A stretch of 52,774 bases of DNA, the filler included, from Bipalium vagum (Eukaryota): assembly GCA_037834085.1 (NCBI GenBank). It is 3 parts of 3 records of this genome, joined end to end, with 100 filler letters (N's around TTAATTAATTAA, not from the genome) between each part and the next. Parts side by side here need not be neighbours in the genome. Positions count along the whole stretch, not along the records: positions 37,097 to 52,774 come from JBBMKC010152676.1; 2 more parts are not named here. One strand, written 5' to 3'. Each line of letters starts with the position of its first letter. Position 1 is the first letter of the stretch. The notes beneath the pieces are model-generated. The model worked only from the letters and a program-made list of their open reading frames with translations. It ran no database searches and was not told the origin of the DNA. The translations under genes were made by a program, and so were the position numbers. Shown here piece by piece: positions 40,859-52,139 of this stretch.

Positions 40859-41392
40859 CAGGGTTTCCAAAGTACGAATCGCTAAGGTATTTTTCTCTTA
40901 AGCTAAAAATCATATGTTGAGAGCCGGGCTTTGCCGAAACTAAACAGAAACAGCTACAAGTCTTATTTCGTTGCATTGTTCTTCATATCATTGTGATGTT
41001 TTATTCTAATTTCAATTAAAGACATTTTTTAATATCTTAAAATGTCCTTCGAACTCATAATTGTTTACTTAGATTATATTGATACCATGACAAATTATTT
41101 TTAGTAACTTGTTTGGTACAATTTTACTTGTTTTAATAATCGATAATAATGGTTTACTTGTTGCTGTTGTCGGAACTGAATCAATTTCATGGGTCCCATA
41201 TTAATCATGTTAATTGTTACTGATATTTTATGTTGCACTTATGTTTTAATAAATAACCTATTTTAGCGTTTAATATTAATAAATTGTTTTTTTACGTATT
41301 ATTATTATTAAAACAATTTGTTAGAACCGTGGCCAACCGAGCTTAAAAATTCATCAGTGTGGCCTTCCAGTGAAAAATTTTGGAGACCCCAG
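40859..41392. mobile_element. Non-autonomous hAT (Charlie-like) element, 534 bp
   Basis: Ends CAGGGTTTCCAAA / TTTGGAGACCCCAG; 8-bp flanks AAATAGAT and AATTAGAC (6/8, central TA). Confidence 0.72.
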
Positions 41393-41426
41393 AATTAGAC
41401 TAATTAAAATAACTGTCTGAAATAAT

Positions 41427-41432
41427 TTTATT
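41427..41432 (-). promoter_or_regulatory. Possible polyadenylation signal of the DDR-like gene
   Basis: AATAAA on the minus strand ~230 nt after the stop codon. The motif is common in AT-rich DNA, so support is weak. Confidence 0.3.
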
Positions 41433-41566
41433 ATGATCTAATTTACAAAAAACCATTGACGGAAAAACAGTATCTATCAAACTTGAAATCCTAATTAAAA
41501 ATCATAGTTTGTCAGAGAGTCGTTTCCACAGAACTGGAAAAAATCAAGTAGCTCATCGATTTGAAA

Positions 41567-41594
41567 CATATATATATATATATATATATATATA
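41567..41594. repeat. (AT)n microsatellite in the putative DDR 3' UTR
   Basis: Direct reading. Confidence 0.9.
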
Positions 41595-41661
41595 GTATAC
41601 AGTATATAATACAATGAATTAATAAATAGTTTGTATGAAAAATTAATGAAAATAAATATTG

Positions 41662-41853
41662 TCATTGCAATTTGAAGCCCGTGTTTTTGTGTTGTAAAAA
41701 CATGTCTATTTCGAAAAATGTTGGTCTGACTGATTCGTTGAAATGCATACAATGGGAAACGAAATCTGAAAACTCCTTAGAAAACTTGTTTGATAGCGCC
41801 AGAGTTCGGACCCGTTCGTCTCCCAAAGCTTGGAGGTTGATATTGATAATGAC
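41662..41853 (-). CDS. DDR-like kinase terminal coding exon (subdomain XI, stop)
   Basis: Acceptor gtttCAG at 41856-41854. VIININLQALGDERVRTL...SHCMHFNESVRPTFFEIDMFLQHKNTGFKLQ*. 'RPTFxEIxxFLQxKNxG(F/Y)' is the C-terminus typical of invertebrate DDRs. Confidence 0.92.
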   Translation of the reverse strand, partial: VIININLQALGDERVRTLALSNKFSKEFSDFVSHCMHFNESVRPTFFEIDMFLQHKNTGFKLQ

Positions 41854-42499
41854 CTGAAACAAACGAAACGTTCATTGATTACTGTCAAATACCTTGTGAA
41901 CTTTATTATGAAACAAGAGAGATTAAGTCAATGCCTTAGTCGGCCCGACCCCGTGTACTTGAGTCAGGTTTTTATCAGCTCATGCTTTGATAATAAATGC
42001 ATTTATTGATAAAAAGTCTGATAAATTAATAATAATAATAATAATAATTTTCTCTTCAGTCCGTCCAGTGTGATTAGAAATGGATTCACACACGAAAAAA
42101 CGATGGCCATAAATCATGTTTTCTTATTATACTTTTTAATACTGTTGACTTAATCTCAAATAAACAAAATTTTAATATGATTTATTTTCTTAAATCTTAT
42201 TTTACATATTTTTCTCATTAATATTTCAAAGGAATAAATTAATAAAAAATAATATTTACATATTTAAATATATGATTATATATATATATATATATATATT
42301 AATTTATTTAACTTTATATTATTTTATGAAAATATTTCTGATATTTTTCGTTCATATTCAAAGAGATAAGAAAATATTAATAAATAAAAATCTTTTTATA
42401 AAGTAAGGAAATCAATATTTAATAAATAAAATAATATTTAAAATTGATTTTATCTGAAAATAATTGTAACAATCTAAGGGATTATAAAAAATAAGACTC

Positions 42500-43420
42500 T
42501 TTGGAATTATTTCATTATATATTTTCAGGGGTTTCATATTTTTCCAAGGAAGATCTCTTACGCTAATTTATTAAACATCTTCACTTTCTAGTTTTAGAGA
42601 CAAATAAATGGAACTCTATTTTCTGCTGTTTACTAACTAATGACATGTTAAACCTTTAGCAAAAATGTCAAATTGTTTTCCTTGTTTGCTTTTACTGATA
42701 TATGAGGTCAGGCGTTATCTTGCAACAAAATAGGTCAACGTCGGTTACACAACCCGGGTCAATGTTTCTTCAATGGGGCTTGGTTTTTGTCAAACGCAGC
42801 AAGTTTTCGAAGTAATATTTTCATAAGTGACAAGAAAAGTAACACTTACCAAATTGAGATACGAAGATATTTTATTGAAGAGAACGTTGGAATACATTTA
42901 GGGATTTGTTTCTGTCAACCCATTTTTAGAATACTTCTGGTCATTGTCGGATGTATATATATCTTCATAATATATTATTATTTTCTCAAGTGACAAATCT
43001 GACTTATTCTTATTCAGCTGTGCTAACCATTATCTTAAATGGCTTAATATATATTTGTGAGATCACGAATGAGCCATTTTTCCATCTTTTTGAATTTACC
43101 AATTGTAATAATATGACACAAAATGGTTGTGAGATGAATATGTGGTCTCATCCTAACCTCTCTTGATGTTTTATAAGGTTTCTCCTCAATTAATGTTTTC
43201 AAAACCTTGTTATAAAGAGCCGTTTTAGTTCATTTTCAATGGTTTCTTTAAGGTGATTTCAACTTTTCAAATCATAGCTGGTAATTTCTATTAGAAACGT
43301 CATTATCTCTGTACAGTCTGTTAATATCTGTCGCTCTTTTCATTGCATTATTTTTAAATAGGAACTCATAATTCTCACTTCTTTATCATATATATAGGTT
43401 AAGAGTGTTATAAATATGGC
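42500..43420 (-). mobile_element. Decayed mariner in the last DDR intron
   Basis: PGLCNRR*PILLQDNA*PH motif near 42700-42760 plus degenerate upstream mariner motifs. Confidence 0.7.
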
Positions 43421-44117
43421 TGGTTAATATGTGACATCTGCAATAAATGCTCATATTAAACCAAATCTCAGACATTACCCTATTAATATTTTATTTTTAT
43501 GTTTTAAGAGTGATTTTATTTCTTTCAATGATTTATTAAAATGCATTAAGAAAAACCGAAAATTCATTTGCACCCACCAGATATACGATATCAAATATGC
43601 AATCTGTGTTTAGGACAGAAAATCATAACCGATATTAAGGTAAATAAAAATAGTTTGGTATACATTTTAATATTTTAAGACTGCATCTGATGAAACGGTC
43701 TCTGTGAATTTGTAAACAAAATAACCACGATCCAGGTACAGTTTACCAAGGCGCATGCTTTGTGATCATTGGTAATGCTATACCGACTTAATTAAGTTGT
43801 TTTACGGACTGTTTAAAACAGAAAACTATTAGGAATGATATGTAAAAATAATGTTAGAGAGAGAATTCAATGTTGCACAGTTAATCTGTACATTCGAAAC
43901 AAAACGATAAATCATATCGATGATAAACTGTGATCTATGGACCATCTTATCAGTGTTACAAAGGTCCGAGTCTTACTATTTCATAACGGATCTCGCGATT
44001 ATTGGTCATGTAATATACTATCAGAGCCGAAGATTGGATAATAATAATTTAATATTTATTTTTATTAAGACACAGGAAACAAGGCAATAAAAAGAAATCA
44101 AATTAAATATAATAAAA

Positions 44118-44120
<3 letters not shown>

Positions 44121-44156
<36 letters not shown>
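44121..44156. repeat. (TAA)n microsatellite
   Basis: Direct reading. Confidence 0.9.
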
Positions 44157-44158
<2 letters not shown>

Positions 44159-44460
44159 TTTAGAAATAAAACAAAAATAAAATCAATTAATAGAATATTT
44201 TTATATTTACAATCAATTATTTTTATTTATTGATTTAATATAAACAAAAAATTTTAATATTTAGAAATATATATACAAAGAGCTTATAAGGAAAAAAAAT
44301 CATTTTTTTTATTTCCATATTTTTTTTCGTTCAATAAAAACAATTAAGACTTATTTAAATCTTCATTAATTAATAAAGTCACTGGAAATAAAGTGGATCA
44401 AATTTATTAAATAACGAAATATTAAACTTTAATCCAAAACAGAAAGGGGAAAAGACTGAC

Positions 44461-44565
44461 TTGCTCATTTGTCAATTCGTGATATGGTTGCTTTTTACAT
44501 AAAGTTAGCAATTCCCAAAGTGTCACTCCAAATGAATATACATCTGATTTATTGGAAAAATTGCC
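44461..44565 (-). CDS. DDR-like kinase exon (subdomain IX)
   Basis: Follows a 50-nt GT..AG intron (44566-44615); 105 nt, [35 protein letters not shown] (DDR: GKFTTASDVWAFGVTLWE..T.C.EQPY..LSDEQ); donor GTCAGT at 44460. Confidence 0.95.
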
Positions 44566-44615
44566 CTAAATAGCATAAAATATACTCTGGTGAACGGTTC
44601 GTCAATTTCACCAAC

Positions 44616-44949
44616 CTGCAAAAATGCCTGCCATGGCATCCACCGTATCGGCAGAACAATGGCAGAGTTCAGCTCGCCAGGATTTTGACAAGAATGTAAC
44701 AAATTTGACTGCAATTGAATGAGACTGGATGTACTCTTGTGGATCTGATTTACATTGGGATCAGAAAAGATGACATAATCAGAACTGAATTTTTCGTTTG
44801 CAATTGCCAGGTCAGATATCTTAATAAGTAACTCATCATTCATTACGAATAGGTTGCGACAGGACAAATCTCGATGAACCAGTTTCAGGCTCTCCAAATG
44901 TTTCATGCCACTTGCAACTTGGGAGGCTATGTAGATAAGATTCGAGTGA
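44616..44949 (-). CDS. DDR-like kinase exon (catalytic loop, activation segment)
   Basis: Acceptor tttCAG at 44952-44950, donor GTTGGT at 44615; 334 nt. HSNLIYIASQVASGMKHLESLKLVHRDLSCRN...KISDLA...VLPIRWMPWQAFLQ. 'QxASGMKxL' and 'VLPIRWMxW' are DDR-type tyrosine kinase motifs. Confidence 0.93.
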
Positions 44950-45058
44950 CTGAAAGGGAAATTTTATTATTTTAATAATAATAATAATAATAATTTCAGA
45001 TATTAGTAATATTATTATTATTATTATTATTATTAAAGTTTTATTTTGTTTATTAATA

Positions 45059-45720
45059 TTAGATCGTCCGAAAAGTACTGTAGATTTTGTTCAAGTAATT
45101 TTAAGAACAAATCCAATAGTTTTTAACAATTTTATTTAACTAAACATTCCCATTTGGTTTATGTACTCTTTGACATCATTCTCGTAGTTGAAATTTTCTT
45201 CTCTGATAGAAAATCGGCAAGACTTTTGGTGGGGACTGTATATACCAGAAATAAACTTGATATATTTTATTTAAATCTATATATATTTTAGAGACTATAT
45301 AAAAGTATGTTTTGTTTAAATGAATAACCGATGAAAAATATTTTAAATTTAGGTATGGATTTACATTTGGAAATTAATTTAATTCGATGTTATTATGAAA
45401 ATGGAAATTCTCCAAAACTTAAATTAGGTAAATCAAACGAAAAAAATTAATAAAGAACCGATGTACATTTTATGCATTTTCAAAACTTGTTTGTCGAAGC
45501 TGGAGGCATTCCTTGGTGAGTGAATGTAAACCGACATTAAATGTTCAATTTGCTGATATGCATGGTAAGACGTCCATTCGAAGATTATCTCTGGAAACTG
45601 AAATCCAATCTGCCTCGGTTTAACGAAATTTAAAAGAAGAGAAGTTAAAACCTTTTGAAATTCAGATTTCAAAACCAGATGATTATGAACAGCTGAAGAT
45701 TGCAAAATTGTCCATCACAC
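45059..45720 (-). mobile_element. Deleted, decayed mariner in DDR intron
   Basis: TA|TTAGATCGTCCGAAAAGT terminus, degenerate C-terminus (FYQR...QRVHKPNGNV*) and N-terminus (HLVLKSEFQK). Confidence 0.55.
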
Positions 45721-46372
45721 GAAGAATTATCTGCTTAAGGAAATCATTTCGATAACTGTAATGTAGGAAAAACTAATGTATTCTATTTACTGTTTATTTT
45801 ATTTGTCATTAATAATAATTTCTTTTTCATTTCCCCCCTAATTTTCTTCGGTTGTGATAAACTGGTATACAATCTTAGAAAAAGTGATGAATGTTAATAA
45901 AACCGTACTGAACAATTTTCATTTATTACTATCATTACTAAGTATGGAGACAACCTTTACTGTTGATCTTAAACTGGTTTTTTATGAGATCAAGAACTGA
46001 TTCTTACACGAATTGTGATGGATTTACCGATCGAATCATAAATCATATATTTTTCTAACATGGATACCTGTTGATCATTTTAACGAAGATCTGAGAATTA
46101 TGTTATTATAGTAATTCTGAAACCGAATATTAATAAATTTCGTCTTGAAACCGGTGTCAAATTTTGACATATCTCACTCTTTGAAACTTCACTCGTTCAT
46201 ACGAACGTTGATTTAAAATGTAATTAAAATTATTTCAAAAAATGTTCAGAAATATTTCTTTCTTATTACATTTTATTCCATTATTATTTCAAAAAATTAT
46301 AAATAAAATATAATATGAAAATAAAATATATTATATAAATAAATCTTATATAAAAAAATAAAAATTATATTA

Positions 46373-46395
46373 TATTATTATTATTATTATTATTA

Positions 46396-46433
<38 letters not shown>
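46373..46433. repeat. (TAT)n microsatellite
   Basis: Direct reading, one interruption. Confidence 0.9.
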
Positions 46434-46719
46434 TTTATTGTTAATAGAATATTATTTATATATTATTATATTAAATATTTATTTATATTATATAAATAAA
46501 ATAATATGTAATTTTAAAGAAGTATTTTGAAGAAATCAAATGAAATTAATTAATCTATTTATTTTAACCATATTACGGAAATTATTTCAATTTTAACATG
46601 TGCAAATAAAGTAAATTTTAATAATAAGAATAATAATAAGAATAAAGTTTAATAAATAAAATTAATTGGTAACATATTCAAGTAAAATTTACAAGAGGTG
46701 CAATAGATATTTTAGCATA

Positions 46720-47910
46720 ATATGAGGTCGTAAAATGACGATTTTTAGTTTTATTGTTTCAAAAAAAGGTTAATCAATCAATTTTTATGATAATTTTAAT
46801 TTATTATTTAATATCAAACTGAAGGGTCTTTTTCGCTTTTACATATAATCCTATAAATAAGCAGTTCAATGTAACATTATATGTTATTTTTTGCATTTTT
46901 GGGGGATTGTTGTACAATTTATTTGAATTTATGAAACCTTCATGAATTCAAGCATCATCATAATCCTATAGAAGCAACTGGAAATATTAATTTCGCACGA
47001 GTGATTATTCTGTATAAGACCAACACAACGATATTTTCAAAATTTTAAGTGGGTAATTTTGGCATTAAAAATGATAACCGTGGAAGATCGACTAGAAGGC
47101 CGGTTGAAGAATTGAGTGTTACAAAATCAATCATCTGAGGTAATCTTCAAGATCACGGTAAAGGAAGAACACTCTATAAATGGATACCACACCAATTATA
47201 TGATAAGAAAGAATAATTGAAATTTTTTCTTTCATTATTCGGAATCTACATGACCCGAAATTTTTCTTTTTAATTGTAATGAGAATTTGGTCTTTATGAT
47301 AATCGACGAAGATCAGCACAGTGATTGTCTGCGGATGAAAAAACGAGATTTATGCATAAGCAAAGCTTTCACCCAAAGAAGACTATTTTTACTTTTTGTT
47401 GTCTGCAGCTGATTTAATTAAACATAACTTTTTAACACCTGGCAAACTATCATATCTCAGTCAAACTGCAACGAAACTGATATAGTGCATCAGACGTTGC
47501 TTGAAAATCAATAAGTAATTATTAATAGAAAGGGACATAATTTTTCAAAGACAATTCAAGACAGTATGTTTCGAGAGTTACATGATTTGAACTAAGAAGT
47601 TTTGCTTAATTCAGAATATTCCTCTGATCTCAAGCCACCAGATTATCAAATTTTCAAAGATGTGAGATTATTTCTGGCCAGTAAGAAAATTCGGAACTGA
47701 AGGTGCCATTCAAAATGTATTTCTTCAGTTTTTTGAGTCAAATAATCTTGATTTTTATTGAAAGGGAACTTTTGACTTATTGTTTCGATGTAAGAAGTAT
47801 ATATTGAGAATAATTGAAAATATTTTGATGAATAAGATCTGTTTTATAGTTCTTTTTGATTCCGGGTAATTATACATTTTAAAAATCAACATTTCATGTA
47901 GGACAACCTG
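46720..47910 (+). mobile_element. Full-length decayed mariner in DDR intron
   Basis: HEFKHHHNPIEATGNIN, KWIPHQL, EVLLNSEYSSDLKPPDYQIF; degenerate TIR-like ends. Confidence 0.78.
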
Positions 47911-50139
47911 AAATAAGCAATGCAATGAAAATCTAAGCAATTTTGTAATTTTTTGTTTTTGTTTTCATGTAAATTGAAACTAATTACAATATCCGAAAGT
48001 ATTTTTATGATTATTTTCAAGAGATTTAATCATTCTTTTATTCTTTAAGAATTATCTCTGTACTGAAGATATATCATATAAAAGATATATAAAAGATAAA
48101 GATAAAAGTATTAATGTGCAAGAATGAATTTTAATCATTTGTATATGAAGAGTATTTATCTGTGGGAAGACCCTTGATTTGTACCTTTATTTCAATAACA
48201 CTCGATGGTATAAATGGATACAATCAAAGGTACACTTGAGTTAAGGATATTTGCTTATTTACTTTACATGATCAAAATATTTCTACAAAACAGGAATGTC
48301 AATTTCTCTCAGATATTATCACTAATATCATAAAAATAAATAATCAGTAAATTACGAATGTAACAGCAATAAGGGAATAATAAACAATAAAAATAAAATA
48401 ATACTAATAATAGTGATAATAATAGAAATAATCTTAATAAAATGATAATAGAATAGTTTAAAATATTTTAATATTTCGGAAATATTTATTTTTTATTTTT
48501 AAATGGTTTATAATTTTTTAGGAATAATCAATTCCTTCTTAAAGATATTAATTATATTATAAAATCAGGTATCTAAAAGTTATCTATTGATAATGATATT
48601 AAATTCAACAATAAATAAACAATAATGTCATTTTCCGGAAGATACATAGATATATTGGGAAGTTCGTTATTATAAATATGAGTTTTCTTTTAAGAAACCC
48701 TTACACTAAAAACAATGTCTTTGAATACAATAAAATCTAATGTCATAAATTTAATGAATAAAATTTCAATTAATATAATAATATACAAATAATTATTACA
48801 TTTTATAATACTTTTTTAATATAATATAAATAAATAAATAAGAATAAATATTTTTTTATAAATATAAATAAATAATAAGTAAAATTTAATTAAAAACAAT
48901 ATTTCAAACAGGTTTTATAAAAATATTAAAAATTAAAAAGAATAATTATCCAATAATTCGAGCGGTAAAACAAAAGATATACTATTTAGATGTTAAAATA
49001 TTTTATGAGGAAAAGTATAATATTTTGATAAAGAAAAATATTTTAAAATTATTCCTGGTCCAAATGGATGAAAACTTTATTGTACTAAATAAATAAATAA
49101 ATAAATTTTATTATTAAAAAAATAATAATAATAATTATTATTATTATTAATATTATTATTCCATAAGAATTGTTTTTAATAGCTTAAAAATGAAAAGGAT
49201 TAATCAAGATTAAAAGAGATTAATATTAAAAAAATAATTGAAAATAATCACAAAATTCCTTTAATAAATTTTGTATTAAATATTCTGAGGAATTTTAACA
49301 ATTTCCAAATCAGTAAGTTAAGAACGAATAATTTTTCTCAATATTTATTTAATATATTAATTTTGAAAGAAAATTATTATTCGTTTATTATTATCATTAT
49401 TGTTTTTGGAAAGCCATTAGATAAGAACTAATTAATTTATGTCTGTTTCAAATGCCTTTTAGAATTGCGATTTTAATCTCAATATTCTGCAGATTATAAT
49501 GGAATATTTCATTATTCCTCCATTAAGGCGTAGGAAACAATGCCTTCTGTTTCTTAATGATGCTTTCTAAAAATCTGAGAAAAAACAATAATTAATTATA
49601 AAATGCATTTAATCACGCATGTTGCCTGTGATATTAAATTTAAAAACAGATCTGATAAAAAATAAAAATAGAAAAATAAAAAATAGAAAATAAAATAATA
49701 ACAATAAATTCTGTCAGTAATAATAAGTATTGGAAGGATTAAATTGAAATTAATTGTAAATTAAAAACGAAACTTAACAGTTTTTAAAGTAATATGTTGA
49801 AATATAATCCAAAGTCCAAAATTATTAATTTTTTAAGTTAAATAAATATTTCTAATTAAGATAAATACTTTTTTATAAAATAAATAATTAGCTTACAAAA
49901 AGTTAAATATAGTTACTGTAATGTCAATAAAAATATTTTAAGATAATTGATTTGTTTATATATTAAATATACGGGGAGCACTTTTCAATTAATCAATTAT
50001 TTTCATGAAATTATCATCGCGTTTGATTACCAACACATTGCGATTAATATTTATGATCGGAATTTTAGATGCAAAGTGTTTATAAAAAAGATGTAATTTT
50101 TAAAAACCAAATATTAAACGTAAACTTTTTTATATACTA

Positions 50140-50700
50140 CAGTGATTGACATGTAAAAATAAACTCCGAATGATGCAATTTTTTATGAAGGCAATTTCTT
50201 CAAGAAAATTTTAAAATAAAGCACATTGAACAGTTCAATGTTTAGTTCAGTGAGCCGGCACCACGGGTCAGAAAATAACTATTTGTAGGTTATACGAAGA
50301 ATGATTTGAGAAATGTTTTTCGTAAGGTGCTCTCATCTGGAACATGTTTGTATATATTTTTAAAATGCTTTTATATGGTCTTTCTTCAGTTTGTACTTAG
50401 GAATACCAAAGAAAAAATGTTCTTGCTGAATCTATAGAAAACTCATTTTTAATTTCAGAATTATTAGCAGTTAATGATTAGTGAATAAATTGTCACACCG
50501 CATCGCTTTATAGTTCTTTATTCTTTCTCTGCTCTGAGCTTCTATTATGTTGTTGAACCCGAGTACTTTGGACTTTTTCATCAATTACTATTTTAATATT
50601 GGATCTCAGGACTGACTCATCACATACAATCCCATGTGATTTAAATTCTTCTATAATATTTCGCAGTGTACAGGGGCTTACTTTTAATTGCGGTATAACT
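50140..50700 (-). mobile_element. Tc1-like relic in DDR intron
   Basis: TA|CAGTG terminus; degenerate HTH-like TLRNIIEEFKSHG. Confidence 0.45.
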
Positions 50701-51500
50701 GTAATAAATAAATACCCTAAAATTTAAAATTTTATAATTTAGTGTTAATTTTAAGTAATAATTATTTTTGTTCAAAAGAATAAAATAAGTGCGATAACTA
50801 AAATATAAATATAAAAGCTCTATATTCTCATTTAAAAATTAAAATATATAAAAACTATTATATTGATAATAACAATATTAAATATAATAATAAAAAAATA
50901 ATATAATACTAATAAAATAGCTAATTAATATTGTTAGTAAAAGACATACAATTGTAATAATAACAACAATAATTATGTTACTGACATTTCTCTATCTGTT
51001 CAAAATATTTTTCCTATTCTTGTTATAAATTATTTTGTTTTTTTGTTTTACTGAGCAAAATTACAAAACGTCTAGCAGCATTTAGTCCGTCGGAAATAAA
51101 AAAAATAAAAAATTCAGGAATTTTTTTCAGTACTTGGGGACAATGGGAAAAAAGCAGTACGTGCATGCGCACATACGTGATAAATCTTGTCTTACTGATG
51201 GAAACAATTGATATTGTTTGTCGATAAGAATCACCACCTTCGTTCCAGGTCAATTAAAACCGATCGATAGAACTTAGCAGCAGCAGCAGCTTCAGAAGCA
51301 TCAGCAGCAACAGAGAAAAGTATAAAAGTAGAGATGCAAAAACAATCTAAAGGAGTTTCGTAATTGTTTGTTTTTTGTGTTCACAAAAATTGAAACTAAT
51401 TACAAATGCTGTTATTTGTTTTAATTGCAGCTTATTTGTATTGAAACAATATCATTGGGAAAATTTTTTTTAATATATAAATATAAATGTTTTTGATTAC

Positions 51501-51707
51501 CAGATGATTTGGGATCCGGTCTCGTAACGGTGGTCCGTTTGATCTTTCATACTGAAATTTTGCAAGTAGTTGTAAACATCATTGATGGGAGTATGTTCAC
51601 TGACAACGACATAATCGCCCAAAGGAGTTTCCTCAATTTTCCAAATGGACGGAAAGTTTTTATGATTGATAGTCAAAAGTTTTTTAATTTCTTTGCAAAA
51701 TTCATTT
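51501..51707 (-). CDS. DDR-like kinase exon (alphaC helix to hinge)
   Basis: Acceptor tttAG at 51709-51708, donor GTAATC at 51500; 207 nt, phase 2/2. NEFCKEIKKLLTINHKNFPSIWKIEETPLGDYVVVSEHTPINDVYNYLQ resembles DDR NDFLKEIKIMSRLKDPNII...DLNQFL. Confidence 0.88.
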
Positions 51708-52000
51708 CTAAATAAAATCAATGGTACAACAATGAGGAAAAATTATTTTTTTTTGATTTTCATTTTTAAAAAAAAATTTCAAATAATCACCACAAAACAA
51801 TAATATTATTAAATGGTAATTAAAACAAAAAAAATAAGTTGAGTGAAAAAAATCAATAATTAATTTACGGAAAAATCATTGGAGAATTTGAAAAATTGAC
51901 AAAACGAAAAAAAATATTATTATTTTTTCATTTTAAAATAAATATATTGATAAATAAATATTAATTACTTTTTATAATGAAAATCAATTTAGGCACATAC

Positions 52001-52139
52001 TTTATTTTTTGAGATGCATTTTTAGATAGGACTTTTATCGATGATATTTGCTTTTCCGGAAATTGGTGAAATCCATTTTCAGCTTCCATGCCACTGGTGA
52101 GACTTTGCCTCAGCGTATTGTACTCGTCACATTGGAATT
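52001..52139 (-). CDS. DDR-like receptor tyrosine kinase, first exon resolvable in window (kinase subdomain II)
   Basis: Acceptor tttAG at 52141-52140, donor GTATGT at 52000. Translates (x)FQCDEYNTLRQSLTSGMEAENGFHQFPEKQISSIKVLSKNASQKI(K). 'IKVLSKNASQKIK|NEF' parallels DDR 'VKMLRADANKNAR|NDF'. The phase-2 end joins the next exon in frame. Confidence 0.8.

Noticed and set aside
41893-42017. Possible extra exon (CAG acceptor at 42018, GTATTT donor at 41892) before the terminal DDR exon
   Set aside because: It has a stop in the required phase-0 frame, and the kinase alignment (EQ|VI) is complete without it.
43687-43712. CTGATGA motif suggesting a hammerhead ribozyme (also minus strand near 930-948)
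   Set aside because: No convincing stem II plus GAAA core with flanking helices; the second site lies inside a mariner relic.
44523-44615. C-terminal tail of ORF 44523..44906 (VGEIDEPF...)
   Set aside because: Read-through into the 50-nt intron and off-frame exon; the spliced frame gives the conserved kinase sequence.
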